Shown: positions 17,820 through 27,826 of the stretch, one piece after another | Layout: every line of letters starts with the position of its first letter | Numbering within the stretch: position 1 is the stretch's first letter | Assembly: GCA_965205675.1 (NCBI GenBank) | Contig: OZ242186.1 | Span: forward strand, 1,344,001-1,408,000 | Source: Nitrosopumilus sp. | Lineage (GTDB): Archaea > Thermoproteota > Nitrososphaeria > Nitrososphaerales > Nitrosopumilaceae | Length of the DNA stretch: 64,000 bases | Direction: 5' to 3' | Program-made: the position numbers and the translations under genes | The notes under the pieces: model-generated | What the model saw: the letters and a program-made list of their open reading frames with translations, nothing else | Databases searched by the model: none | Told to the model about the DNA's origin: nothing

Positions 17820-18269
17820 TTGGTCATAAACAGCACATGTCCTAACTGCAAAGGAACCGGAATCTTTGAGACCTGTACTGAATGCGGTACAAGCAAACAC
17901 CATGATGCAAGATGCGAGTATTGTGAAGCCAAAGGCCATGAGCAGAGCATACAGCAAGGAAAAGACTGCATGATGTGCGGCGGATGGGGCAGGATACACA
18001 AATCCCAAAGTATGGAGATGCGAGATGCAGAAAAGGAAAACAGGGTTCCAATATGCATCGCATGCAATCACGAGGTACGCTCCATAATACAGACGCAGTA
18101 CGAGTACATCGACTGGAGTTATTCTGAGAACGCAAAGGGTTATGTGAAAGGAGAGTATGGCGGAGATGCAGATGCCCCAGTTCACGACTGCAAAGAATGT
18201 CCATGTGATTGCCAAGAATGGGATTTCCTTGATGAGAACTCTAAATCCGATATCGGAGTGGCATTCTAA
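17820..18269 (+). CDS. DnaJ-type CxxCxGxG Zn-finger protein
   Basis: CPNCKGTG, CMMCGGWG and multiple CxxC. Confidence 0.7.
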   Translation: MVINSTCPNCKGTGIFETCTECGTSKHHDARCEYCEAKGHEQSIQQGKDCMMCGGWGRIHKSQSMEMRDAEKENRVPICIACNHEVRSIIQTQYEYIDWSYSENAKGYVKGEYGGDADAPVHDCKECPCDCQEWDFLDENSKSDIGVAF

Positions 18270-18574
18270 TGTCTGCTGAAGGATTTGAGACAATAGCCCA
18301 GATGAAACTTGAGCATCTTCCAAATGATGCAAAGCTGGTCTTGCAGCGACAGAAAAGTGAAATCATTGGCAACAGGATTCAGTTCGGACTGCCATCAACG
18401 TTTCTCAACTCTGAGAACGGACAGACAGTATGGAACAAAGGACCGTCAATCCAGCTAGAGCAGATTCCAGAACTCATCAAAATGCTGCAAGATGCATACG
18501 AGAGATACGCAAAACAAGACACAAAGAAAGAAAAGACTGTGACATTTGCAGATGCTGTATACACAAAGTTCTAG
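18269..18574 (+). CDS. Duplicate of 14356..14661
   Basis: Identical protein. Confidence 0.55.
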   Translation: MSAEGFETIAQMKLEHLPNDAKLVLQRQKSEIIGNRIQFGLPSTFLNSENGQTVWNKGPSIQLEQIPELIKMLQDAYERYAKQDTKKEKTVTFADAVYTKF

Positions 18575-18897
18575 ATATGGACAGCAAGGAACTGCTACAC
18601 AGCATAGACAGTCTAAAACAGTGGATAATACACTCTGAGATGCAAGGAAATCTTGATGTTGCAGACTCGTTTTATCCCGCATACGGGCAGCTTGACATCC
18701 TACGCGAAAAGATAGAGGAGCAAAGCGACTATGAAGAGTCCTGCAAGAATAATCTCTGATGTGCACAAGGAACTGGGCTTGGTACAGGATTCCATCCGGC
18801 AGAGAAGGCACAAAAAGACGCTCAAAAAGATAAGACAGGAACTAAACAAGATTCTTGATTCCTAATCTTTTTTAAGAATGCAACTAATGCAATAGAT

Positions 18898-19104
18898 ATG
18901 TCTGAGATAAAACAAGCAGATGATCTGAGTCCTGAAGAGATTGCGGATATAGATGAATTCTATAATGCAAAAGACAGAAAAACATCTTCAATTGAAGAAT
19001 TTCTTGAAGAGTTACGCAAATCTCGACTGAATGGATTCCAGATAGACGCCCGTCATTTTCCAAACAGTTTGGAAGATTGGACTCTAAAACACAAAAAAGG
19101 GTGA
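18898..19104 (+). CDS. Putative antitoxin (3' end overlaps the toxin)
   Basis: LSPEEIADIDEFY..SIEEFLEEL is similar to the 14985 antitoxin. Confidence 0.6.
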   Translation: MSEIKQADDLSPEEIADIDEFYNAKDRKTSSIEEFLEELRKSRLNGFQIDARHFPNSLEDWTLKHKKG

Positions 19105-19292
19105 AAGATGCAGTGTTACAATTGCTCACATCTGAGAATCCTGCAAGATTGGGAAAATACAAACAAGACAAACGTGTGTTTGCATACAATATAGGAAACA
19201 GATACAGAATCATCTACAATGTCAACTGGAGTTGTGATACAATAGAATTTCTACGAGTATGCGACCACAAGTCAGTCTACGGCAAAGACTAG
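19020..19292 (+). CDS. RelE/ParE-family toxin (canonical start uncertain)
   Basis: Frame reads ISTEWIPDRRPSFSKQFGRLDSK..YRIIY..RVCDHKSVYGKD. Confidence 0.7.
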   Translation: MSTEWIPDRRPSFSKQFGRLDSKTQKRVKDAVLQLLTSENPARLGKYKQDKRVFAYNIGNRYRIIYNVNWSCDTIEFLRVCDHKSVYGKD

Positions 19293-19392
19293 AAAGAACA
19301 AACAAATTTTTTGAGCAAAATATCTAGATGCATCAAATCTCAAAGCAATCAGATTTTAGAGATTCTTTGATAGATGGCTGCTAGATAACATG

Positions 19393-19533
19393 GAAGATCC
19401 ATACGGATTTTTCAAAATTATTCCCACAGAGTTGTAACGAATTATTTCCAAAAGGGAATAACTCAACCCAAGCTCTCATGACGGGAATCGTCCTGCTGGA
19501 AACGTTATTTCAGAATAAAAGGAGGAACCGATT
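19393..19533 (+). repeat. Cassette-head structured repeat, copy 9
   Basis: Sequence match to the consensus. Confidence 0.9.
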
Positions 19534-20067
19534 ATGGTCCGACAAAACAGTGCAAGTGAAAGCACGCAAAACAATTCACAAAATCCCGCCTTTAATACAA
19601 ATGGTCTTACCCATCACATGGAACAGACTGAACACCAGCAAGAAACACCAAAAGAACTCTCCGATTCCCAAATTTTTGAAAAAATAGAACAGGCGATGAG
19701 AGAACATACACCAGGAGCAAATTCAGGAGTAAGATACGACGTGAAAAACGAACATGTCTACACAGTCATGTATCACGGGAACTCGTGGGATCAAGATGAA
19801 GACGGATATATTCCATACGAGATCTTCACAATTCCAAACTGGGCTGACGATTCAGATATTCGTGCAATGCTCGGGTGTCCTTGCGATGAGGAACAAGCTC
19901 GGGAATACGTACAAGAGTATGAAGACATGACCGTTGATGATTTTCTGGATATAGAAAAAATTCTCCCCACTATAATTTGGTGTGAATTGGAAGAGTATGC
20001 TGAAATTCTTGACGAAATAGAAGAAGCACGAAAACAATATGCGGAATTTTCGGAGAGACAAAATTGA
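19534..20067 (+). CDS. Leader-bearing acidic hypothetical protein
   Basis: Paralog of 13689. Confidence 0.7.
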   Translation: MVRQNSASESTQNNSQNPAFNTNGLTHHMEQTEHQQETPKELSDSQIFEKIEQAMREHTPGANSGVRYDVKNEHVYTVMYHGNSWDQDEDGYIPYEIFTIPNWADDSDIRAMLGCPCDEEQAREYVQEYEDMTVDDFLDIEKILPTIIWCELEEYAEILDEIEEARKQYAEFSERQN

Positions 20068-20230
20068 CTCCTGATTTTTTCGCACGAGAATCTGCCAAGC
20101 TCTCAAAACTCATTAAAGAACTAGATGCAGAAGTGCAAGAACAAAAATATTTTGACGCACAATTCACTTCGGAAAGAATCATAAATATCTCGAAGTTATT
20201 ATATGAATTGCAGAAAAAGGAGGGTCAAAA

Positions 20231-20743
20231 TTGACTCCTTCTATTTTTGACGACAACAAGCCTATGTTATTTGATGGTTCCATTGACAAATTTAAAAATT
20301 TTGTCAAGATTGCGGATGATTTGGCTGATGAGCAAATGTCTCAAGTAAGAAAAGAATTTTGCCGTGAAGTATTAACACAAGTTGTCCCACTGAAATTTCA
20401 AAAAAGTGGGATGTTCAGCCATATTCTTACTGCTCTATGGAGCAAAAATGTAGCAAAAGAAGAATGGCAAGAACTGGATGAAATGTTTTCATCCCTCAAT
20501 GCCGCTGATTATGACAAACGAGAGATACATGCACTAAGAGCCGCACTTAATGTTTGCATTGTGATGCAAATGAAAAAGGGCGAAACAGTACCATTCCGAA
20601 CATTGACAATTTCAGACTTGTTGTTCAAAATCGGCAAAAATGCAGTTGAATCTCACACCATACACAATCGAGCAGGATTGTATCATCTAATGATGGACAG
20701 AATGAGTGAATCGATTGGTGATGTTGTGGAGGAAAAAAACTAA
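20231..20743 (+). CDS. Hypothetical protein
   Basis: 170-aa ORF with GGAGG upstream. Confidence 0.65.
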   Translation: MTPSIFDDNKPMLFDGSIDKFKNFVKIADDLADEQMSQVRKEFCREVLTQVVPLKFQKSGMFSHILTALWSKNVAKEEWQELDEMFSSLNAADYDKREIHALRAALNVCIVMQMKKGETVPFRTLTISDLLFKIGKNAVESHTIHNRAGLYHLMMDRMSESIGDVVEEKN

Positions 20744-20880
20744 TGCTCACAAAAATCTTGGAATTGCACAAGACAACATACGTGGCAGAAAGCACAAAAG
20801 AGCACTCAAAAAGGTTAGACAGGAATTAAACCGCATTCTTGATTCCTAATCTTTTTTTATGATGGAAAAATAGAATAGAC

Positions 20881-21120
20881 ATGTCTGAGACAAAAACCCT
20901 CAATCCTTTTGAGCATCTCCCAGAGGATAAACTAGAGATAATCAGAAAGGATTTTGAGCAAAACAACTACAGATCAGATACTTTTGAGGAACATCTAAAG
21001 TCATTGCATGAAGATGATATGATTCCAGAAGAAGTGTTAGACATCATAGAATCAAGAAACAGTGATGACTGGCAAACGGTGAGTTTTGATGAACTTTCAA
21101 AAGAATTGAGTGGTCAATGA
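20881..21120 (+). CDS. Putative antitoxin
   Basis: Acidic 79 aa; ATGA-coupled to a RelE-like gene. Confidence 0.7.
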   Translation: MSETKTLNPFEHLPEDKLEIIRKDFEQNNYRSDTFEEHLKSLHEDDMIPEEVLDIIESRNSDDWQTVSFDELSKELSGQ

Positions 21121-21425
21121 TTTGGGATTTATCACGCCGACCAAGATTCATCAAACAATTCAAGGGTCTTGATCCACAACTAAAACAAAGAATCCTCAAA
21201 TCATTATCAGAACTTTCCATATCTGATAATCCTGCAGATCAAGGAGAATACAAAATAGGCATGAAAGTATTTGCATACAATGTTGGGAAATATAGAATAA
21301 TCTATACTATTGATTATTTTAACAGTAAGATTATTTTGCATAGAGTATGTGACCACAAATCAGTCTATGGCAAAGACTGGAGAAACCAAAACAAATTTTT
21401 TGAACAAAACATCCAAGACTCATAG
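21117..21425 (+). CDS. RelE/ParE-family toxin with C-terminal read-through extension
   Basis: RelE pattern; GKD is followed by TGG where the paralogs have TAG. Confidence 0.8.
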   Translation: MIWDLSRRPRFIKQFKGLDPQLKQRILKSLSELSISDNPADQGEYKIGMKVFAYNVGKYRIIYTIDYFNSKIILHRVCDHKSVYGKDWRNQNKFFEQNIQDS

Positions 21426-21471
21426 CATTTCTAAGATAATTATCTTTAGAATCCAATGAGTTTTTGGTACA

Positions 21472-21611
21472 GAAAATCAAAGACAGATTTTCAAAATTAT
21501 TCCTACAGAGTTGTGTAGAATTATTCTCATAGAGTGTGATTCAAAGTAACTCTCATGACAGGAATCGTACTGCTGGAGACGTTACTGCCAGAATAAAAGG
21601 AGGAACCAATT
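21472..21611 (+). repeat. Cassette-head structured repeat, copy 10
   Basis: Variant GAATTATTCTC-ATA-GAGTGTGATTC. Confidence 0.9.
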
Positions 21612-21824
21612 ATGGTCCGACAAAACAGTGCAAGTGAAAGCACACAAAACAATTCACAAAATCCCGCCCTTAATACAAATGGTCTCACCCATCACGTGGA
21701 ATGGACTGAGGAGCAGCAAGAAACCCTGCGGTTTCTGCTCGAAGAGCAGGTAGCAAATGAGGAATATTATTCCTCATTGGATGAACCGCACGGAGTCTCG
21801 TGCAACTGTACAGAGTGCAACTAA
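21612..21824 (+). CDS. Leader-bearing small Cys/His protein
   Basis: Paralog of 11797. Confidence 0.7.
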   Translation: MVRQNSASESTQNNSQNPALNTNGLTHHVEWTEEQQETLRFLLEEQVANEEYYSSLDEPHGVSCNCTECN

Positions 21825-22054
21825 TGTCATCCATAGCAGTTCTAACTCTGGACAGCGAGGATATCAGAGAGCATCTTAACTGCGATGAGAAAAGAGTGCA
21901 CCAGATAATGGGAATGGCAGTAAGAGGCGAGTTCACAGATGCAATCATGGATTCGTTTTGGGATACCATTGATGCATTTGATGGCATTCTCAAAACAGAG
22001 GACAGAACAACCCTGCAAGTCTATGAGCAGTTGGGCAAAAAACTGGAGGAATAG
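21824..22054 (+). CDS. Hypothetical protein
   Basis: Paralog of 28667..28903. Confidence 0.65.
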   Translation: MSSIAVLTLDSEDIREHLNCDEKRVHQIMGMAVRGEFTDAIMDSFWDTIDAFDGILKTEDRTTLQVYEQLGKKLEE

Positions 22055-22059
22055 TCATA

Positions 22060-22593
22060 ATGTCTGATAGAATCCCGGACTGGGAAGACATGCCAGACGG
22101 CGTATCTCTTGTGACACTGTCATGGGAGGACGTGTACGTCAAGGCTCGCAAGGAACTGTTGAGAAATCCGACAAGAGAGGAGACATTGAAGATCTTCGAT
22201 GACATTGCACATCCTATGAGCAATGCAGTACAAGACGACATGCCTGCACATCTTGATGCCCTGATTGAGGAGATGGTCAAAGAATGTCTCAAATCAAAAC
22301 CATACAGTATAGATTCCATGAGTCCAGAAGAACTCGTATCCAGAAAATACTGCCATACATGCCAGGACATACAGGAGACATACTGGGAACTTGGAGTGTG
22401 TGAGAAGAATCCCGAAGGACTCTGCATACCAAAAGACCACGGAAACGACAAAGACGGCATCATAGAGTGCAGTGATGAATGGTGTAACCCGACACAGCAA
22501 ACTGTAGAGACGCAGATCACAAAAGAGTTCGTCCAGAGTCACAACGTGGATGAAAGATGTGCACAGTGTCACCGCATGCTGGAGTCTCAGTAA
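22060..22593 (+). CDS. Cys-rich hypothetical protein
   Basis: Paralog of the N-terminal part of 28903..29958. Confidence 0.7.
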   Translation: MSDRIPDWEDMPDGVSLVTLSWEDVYVKARKELLRNPTREETLKIFDDIAHPMSNAVQDDMPAHLDALIEEMVKECLKSKPYSIDSMSPEELVSRKYCHTCQDIQETYWELGVCEKNPEGLCIPKDHGNDKDGIIECSDEWCNPTQQTVETQITKEFVQSHNVDERCAQCHRMLESQ

Positions 22594-22594
22594 T

Positions 22595-23401
22595 ATGAAA
22601 AACTCTGAGAAAGCAACAGTTCTGCTAAAAGAGATTGCAGAAGTCTTTTCCAAAAAAGAGTTTGCCTCAAACTGTGCAAAGGTGTTTATCAACGCCAAAG
22701 AAAACGACATACCGTCATCCTCATGGTCAATGGGAAACCAATTACTGATGCTGTTTTCTGGAACAGATGATGCAAGAGGGTACAGGCAATGGGGGCAGGT
22801 AAAGCGCCACGTCAAAAAGGGCTCAAAGGCAATCTACATACTGGTCCCAATGGTAAAGAAGATCAAAGACAAGAAGACAGACGAGGAGAGGACAGTAACT
22901 ATCGGATTCCGGGGAGTGCCTGTATTTAGATACGAGGACACTGAAGGAGAGGCTCTAAAGGCATACACTCCAAGGACTCTGCCTCCGCTATTTGGGCTTG
23001 CAGAAAAAAATGGAATCGACGTGAGATGGACAAACACAAAACAGGGAGAGTACGGCTCAATGAATCATACTGACAAATCCATGACTCTGAGTACTGAGGC
23101 ACCTGACACGTTTTTGCACGAACTGATGCACTGGTATGACGGCAAAAACGTCAAGATGGTAAACGGACAAGACCCTGAACAGGAGACTGTCGCACAGCTT
23201 GGAGCATGTGTGCTTGCAAAACTGTACGGGTATGACTCTGAGAGCTACACCTGGAACTATATCGCATCATACGCCAAGGCAGAGTCTCCGCAAGACGTCG
23301 GGCAGATGTGCTTTAAGGTACTCAGCAGAGTGCAAAAGGCAATCACTGCAATACTTGATGATGCAGAGTCTTTGCCAGCCCTAAAGGTGCCATCAAAATG
23401 A
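22595..23401 (+). CDS. ArdC-like protein (N-terminal ssDNA-binding domain plus HExxH metallopeptidase-like domain)
   Basis: WSMGNQLL..ARGYRQW..RHVKKGSKAIYILVP..F..VPVF; FLHELMH; E.VAQL. Confidence 0.8.
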   Translation: MKNSEKATVLLKEIAEVFSKKEFASNCAKVFINAKENDIPSSSWSMGNQLLMLFSGTDDARGYRQWGQVKRHVKKGSKAIYILVPMVKKIKDKKTDEERTVTIGFRGVPVFRYEDTEGEALKAYTPRTLPPLFGLAEKNGIDVRWTNTKQGEYGSMNHTDKSMTLSTEAPDTFLHELMHWYDGKNVKMVNGQDPEQETVAQLGACVLAKLYGYDSESYTWNYIASYAKAESPQDVGQMCFKVLSRVQKAITAILDDAESLPALKVPSK

Positions 23402-23595
23402 GGGCGCTCAAAGATTCTGCAAAGTGCACTCACAAGTCATGGGAGATGTTACATGGCACAATCAAGGAGACACACCACTCAGAACATGGGGATGTATGCA
23501 TGGAGTGTACCCTGAGATGTACAAACTGCCACATCACTGCAACTGCATCAAGAACAGAATACTGCAACGAGTCCAGTTGCAATGTCACAAAATAG
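23398..23595 (+). CDS. Small Zn-finger protein
   Basis: CxH..CxxC; paralog at 30322. Confidence 0.6.
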   Translation: MRALKDSAKCTHKSWEMLHGTIKETHHSEHGDVCMECTLRCTNCHITATASRTEYCNESSCNVTK

Positions 23596-23598
23596 CAA

Positions 23599-23961
23599 AT
23601 GTCAACACAGGTTTGTGGCAAGACAACGTTTGCATTCAGCGATGCAATAAGACGTGCAACTAGCCATCTTCAAAGACTGGGACTGTGCCACCAAATACCC
23701 CGTCTCCCAGAAGCATATCCCCAGCATTTATCCCAACTCTCAGAAATTGACATCGTGGTACGGGCTAAAATACTCAAATGCCATCTTGAAGATACATTTG
23801 CACAAAATGTCTTTTCAGTAAAAGTGACACGAAGAAAAGACATCTCCGTCATACACATCACTCACGACATGCTGAGACCCGAGATGATGACAGGCATCAT
23901 AGCACTGTATGCAGATGAGGCAGAGACCCACCTTGATACGTTTGGTGCAAGCAAGCAATGA
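23599..23961 (+). CDS. Hypothetical protein
   Basis: Paralog of 30526..30900. Confidence 0.65.
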   Translation: MSTQVCGKTTFAFSDAIRRATSHLQRLGLCHQIPRLPEAYPQHLSQLSEIDIVVRAKILKCHLEDTFAQNVFSVKVTRRKDISVIHITHDMLRPEMMTGIIALYADEAETHLDTFGASKQ

Positions 23962-24182
23962 CACCGTTTGCAGAGAAAAAGGCACAGAGTCTCATAGCGA
24001 CTGATTCCATCATACAGATAGATGATGACACGTGGCAAGTAAGATCATCGACTCTTGAAAAGTCATACATAATCAGTGATGGAGTATGCCAGTGTCTGGG
24101 ATTCAAGTTTCGAGAAGAATGCTCGCATGTTATCGCTGCAAAGATGCTGCAGGAGTCATCTGAGATTGGATCTGCCTCTTAG
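23958..24182 (+). CDS. SWIM zinc-finger protein
   Basis: VRSS...Y...CQCLGFKFREECSH (CxC..CxH). Confidence 0.8.
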   Translation: MTPFAEKKAQSLIATDSIIQIDDDTWQVRSSTLEKSYIISDGVCQCLGFKFREECSHVIAAKMLQESSEIGSAS

Positions 24183-24204
24183 TTTTTTTTAGAGGAATGT
24201 ACAG

Positions 24205-24462
24205 ATGAGATACATGATTCCTATGACTGACATGAATGTACTTATGATTGCGTGGATTGTAGGTGGAACCACAAGTGTTGTAATCGGGATGATTCTGCAA
24301 GAAGATGCATTATTAGCATTGGGAGTAGGATTCGGCATTCCGGGTGCAATACAGCTAATAATGGACAATGTTAGGGAAAACTCAAAACCGAAAACAGACG
24401 ATAAAAACAGCAAAGAGGACAGATACACATGGCAGGTCTCAAAGAGCACTCAAAAAGGTTAG
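24205..24462 (+). CDS. Small 2-TM membrane protein
   Basis: Two hydrophobic stretches; related to 31112..31336. Confidence 0.6.
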   Translation: MRYMIPMTDMNVLMIAWIVGGTTSVVIGMILQEDALLALGVGFGIPGAIQLIMDNVRENSKPKTDDKNSKEDRYTWQVSKSTQKG

Positions 24463-24524
24463 ACAGGAATTAAACCGCATTCTTGATTCCTAATCTTTTT
24501 TTATGATGGAAAAATAGAATAGAC

Positions 24525-24770
24525 ATGTCTGAGACAAAAACCCTCAATCCTTTTGAGCATCTCCCAGAGGATAAACTAGAGATAATCAGAAAGGATTTTG
24601 AGCAAAACAACTACAGATCAGATACTTTTGAGGAACATCTAAAGTCATTGCATGAAGATGATATGATTCCAGAAGAAGTGTTAGATATAATCGAGGTCAG
24701 AAAAAGCAAGGATTGGAAGACATTTTCCTCAGCTGAAGAATTGTTAGAAGAATTACATAGAGATGACTAG
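24525..24770 (+). CDS. Putative antitoxin
   Basis: First 57 aa identical to 20881; different C-terminus. Confidence 0.7.
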   Translation: MSETKTLNPFEHLPEDKLEIIRKDFEQNNYRSDTFEEHLKSLHEDDMIPEEVLDIIEVRKSKDWKTFSSAEELLEELHRDD

Positions 24771-25032
24771 CTGGAAGATAAAAAAAGAAAATACTTTCAA
24801 AAAACAATACAAAAACATTGGACACAATAGACAGTCTATTGCAGATAAAGCAATTCTAGAACTTGCAGCATCTTCAAATCCTGCAAATCTTGGAAAATAC
24901 AAACAAAGCAACAAAGTCTTTGCATATGAACTTGGAAAAAATGATCGCCTAATCTACACCTTGGATTATTTTCACAATGAGATAATCCTACTTCGAGTAT
25001 GTGACCACAAATCAGTCTATGGCAAAGACTAG
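24763..25032 (+). CDS. RelE/ParE-family toxin
   Basis: W.I....FKKQYK..DRLIY..RVCDHKSVYGKD. Confidence 0.8.
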   Translation: MTSWKIKKENTFKKQYKNIGHNRQSIADKAILELAASSNPANLGKYKQSNKVFAYELGKNDRLIYTLDYFHNEIILLRVCDHKSVYGKD

Positions 25033-25123
25033 AGAAACCAAAACAAATTTTTTGAACAAAACATCCAAGACTCATAGCATTTCTAAGATAATTATCTTTA
25101 GAATCCAATGAGTTTTTGGTACA

Positions 25124-25263
25124 GAAAATCAAAGACAGATTTTCAAAATTATTCCTACAGAGTTGTGTAGAATTATTCTCATAGAGTATGATTCAAAGTA
25201 GCTCTCATGACGGGAATCGTCCTGCTGGTGACGTTACTGCCAGAATAAAAGGAGGAACCAATT
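25124..25263 (+). repeat. Cassette-head structured repeat, copy 11
   Basis: Close to copy 10. Confidence 0.9.
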
Positions 25264-25539
25264 ATGGTCCGACAAAACAGTGCAAGTGAAAGCACACAAA
25301 ACAAATCACAGCAAAACAACGATGCAGTAAAAGTCGACATAGAAAATTCAAACGACAGTTCTATGGCAAACAGCAAAAAAGGCATCAAGTTACTAAGAGC
25401 TGAAATACAGGCACACTTTTGCCAAATCCAAGAATACCTGGATGAAAACGATGCAGATCATACCAGGTACGCATTCCATGAAGCAGACACTGCAGCCCAC
25501 AAAATAAGGGATTTGTGTGATATGGAGGCCGGACAATAA
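25264..25539 (+). CDS. Leader-bearing hypothetical protein
   Basis: MVRQNSASESTQNKSQ start. Confidence 0.65.
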   Translation: MVRQNSASESTQNKSQQNNDAVKVDIENSNDSSMANSKKGIKLLRAEIQAHFCQIQEYLDENDADHTRYAFHEADTAAHKIRDLCDMEAGQ

Positions 25540-25964
25540 TGGCTGAAAAAATCCCAAAACTCTACGAGACTGACGGAATTTCATTTGATGAGAAGACAAT
25601 TCACCAGGTATGGTATCTTTCATCTGTGAATTTTGTGTGGTGTGTGGCAGAACTGGACGAATCCACAAGTGAGGCATTTGGATATGCAAATCTTAACTCC
25701 GACAGAGACGCAGAATGGGGATACATTGACATTGCAGACATTAAGAAAAATGGTGCAAAACTAACAGAGACTACAATCAAACCGTTCTCAGAGATGCTAC
25801 CTTTGGTACGACCTCAAAACGATTGTCCAGAGTGTGGTTCCACCCAATACGGATATCACGCCATCAAGAGAGGAGACCCTACATTGACTGATGACACATT
25901 TGAGTTGTGGATTTGCAGAAACTGCAACTTTCAGCCATTTACAAACATCAGGGGTCTGATATAG
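25539..25964 (+). CDS. DUF2958-like protein with C-terminal Zn-ribbon
   Basis: IPKLYETDG..W.VAELD..AFGYANL..AEWGYI; CPEC..CRNC. Confidence 0.7.
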   Translation: MAEKIPKLYETDGISFDEKTIHQVWYLSSVNFVWCVAELDESTSEAFGYANLNSDRDAEWGYIDIADIKKNGAKLTETTIKPFSEMLPLVRPQNDCPECGSTQYGYHAIKRGDPTLTDDTFELWICRNCNFQPFTNIRGLI

Positions 25965-25966
25965 AG

Positions 25967-26266
25967 ATGACCATCTCAGAACACCGGGCATTTCTTGACT
26001 TTTATCAAGTCGTGGGAGAACGCGGTGCAACATCTGAAATTCTGATGAAAGCCGGAGTTGACGCAAATCAAGCAGTCATTGGAACAATTGATGAGGGAAC
26101 AGACATGGCGTATGAGAATATTGCCCCTCTTGTAGTCAATGAGGAAACCGAACGAAAAATCATAAAATCGCAAGGCGGGATTGATGCCATAAAGGAATTC
26201 ATGGCGTACAATGCAGAGTGGGACAAATACCAAGAAGAACTGGAAAAAGGAGATAATGTCCCATAA
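25967..26266 (+). CDS. Hypothetical protein
   Basis: ATG just after the upstream stop. Confidence 0.6.
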   Translation: MTISEHRAFLDFYQVVGERGATSEILMKAGVDANQAVIGTIDEGTDMAYENIAPLVVNEETERKIIKSQGGIDAIKEFMAYNAEWDKYQEELEKGDNVP

Positions 26267-26391
26267 TGTGTCAATCTGAAATTCCAGACTGGAAAGACAT
26301 GCCTGATGACACATTGTTGTACAGCCAACGCAAAGAAAGGATCGCAGCATAATGCAGCTTGTGACAAATAACACTGGAGGCTCAGAAGAGC

Positions 26392-26868
26392 ATGTTTGGC
26401 AAAGGTACGGATGTACAAAAAACCAACATCAGTGATCAGGTAAAGGACAATCGATGGCTGTTTGTCATTGTATCTCTTGGCATCGGTCTGTTGATAACAG
26501 GAGTGGTTTTGTGGAACGAGACACTTGTCGCCATAGGAGCTGCCTTTATTATTGCCGGCGGTGTAGGGATATACATGATGCTTGCAACAAGACAGGTGGC
26601 AAAACAACTACACCTGCGATTCAACGAGCAAAATGACATCTTAGAGAGGCTAGATGAAAGCTCCGGCAAGCAGACAGACATCCTCAAAGACATGGATAAA
26701 TCTCTAAATGAGATAGCATCATCTCAGAAAGACATAGCATCATCTCAGAAAGACATAGCATCATCTCAGAAACAAAACCATTCAGAGATGATAGACGTTC
26801 TAAAAAGAATAGAGACAGGTTTCTCAAATCTCGGAGAAGGTCTCAAGAAAATCGAAGACAAGCTGTAA
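26392..26868 (+). CDS. 2-TM coiled-coil protein, type B
   Basis: 3 copies of the IASSQK heptad. Confidence 0.75.
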   Translation: MFGKGTDVQKTNISDQVKDNRWLFVIVSLGIGLLITGVVLWNETLVAIGAAFIIAGGVGIYMMLATRQVAKQLHLRFNEQNDILERLDESSGKQTDILKDMDKSLNEIASSQKDIASSQKDIASSQKQNHSEMIDVLKRIETGFSNLGEGLKKIEDKL

Positions 26869-26987
26869 ACATACAGCATATTTTTTGTGACCTGACAATC
26901 CTCTCAAACCCAATATCATACTATGACACCTGACAGGCAGATTGGATGTGGAGATGGTACAGATGCTTGCAGCATCATACAAAAATC

Positions 26988-27371
26988 ATGAAAGAGAAAA
27001 CAACAAACAAAGTAAGAACCAGTCTAGTACGAAAACAAAACGTGATATTTGTAGCAATGGTAGCAGTTGGGTTATCCCTAACTGTCATGAGCCAGCTTAC
27101 AGATTCGCGACTGCTAAGTGAAGGCATAGCCTTTATTATAGTTGGATTCGTAGGAATGTTAATGTCTTGGACTACGATGGATATTGGTGCCAGTATCAAA
27201 GAAGCAATATATGATGTTGGCAGACAAAACCTAGCCGCATTGGAATCCATTGCATCTTCTCAAAAAGAGATGGGCAGGTCTCTCAAGGAGATAGCATCCT
27301 CTCAGAAGGAGATCAAAGACATTCTAGGTACACATACTACAATTCTAAAGAACCTAGAGAAAAAAGACTGA
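26988..27371 (+). CDS. 2-TM coiled-coil protein, type A
   Basis: Shortest heptad variant of 4554. Confidence 0.75.
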   Translation: MKEKTTNKVRTSLVRKQNVIFVAMVAVGLSLTVMSQLTDSRLLSEGIAFIIVGFVGMLMSWTTMDIGASIKEAIYDVGRQNLAALESIASSQKEMGRSLKEIASSQKEIKDILGTHTTILKNLEKKD

Positions 27372-27476
27372 GTTTTCAAAAACCCACAATATTTTTTTGA
27401 CTGAGTCATGCACTCCAAACCAACATTATTTGTAGCAATACAAATCGACTCAGCGAGTTGGTGTGAGATGTGTAAA

Positions 27477-27616
27477 GAAGATCCATACGGATTTTCCAAA
27501 GTTGTTCCTACAGAGTTATTTTCAGAATCATCTCAAAAGAGAATGATTCGGGTATCTCTCATGACAGGAATCGTCCTGCTGGAAACGTTATTTCAGAATA
27601 TAGGAGGAAAAGTCAA
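27477..27616 (+). repeat. Cassette-head structured repeat, copy 12
   Basis: Copy-8-like variant. Confidence 0.9.
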
Positions 27617-27826
27617 ATGGCTTTACCAAACAATACAAGTACAAGTATAACAAATGTACAAAATCCCGCCTTTTATGGAAAAGGCATTACACCATCCATG
27701 GAATGGACACAAGAACAACAAGAAATCTTGCAAGATCAACTTGAAGAACAGGTTGCAAATGAGGAATACTATGGTACCCTAGATGAACCACATGGATGGA
27801 CATGTAATTGTCTGGAGTGCAACTAA
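27617..27826 (+). CDS. Small Cys/His protein with divergent leader
   Basis: Paralog of 11797 and 21612. Confidence 0.7.
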   Translation: MALPNNTSTSITNVQNPAFYGKGITPSMEWTQEQQEILQDQLEEQVANEEYYGTLDEPHGWTCNCLECN

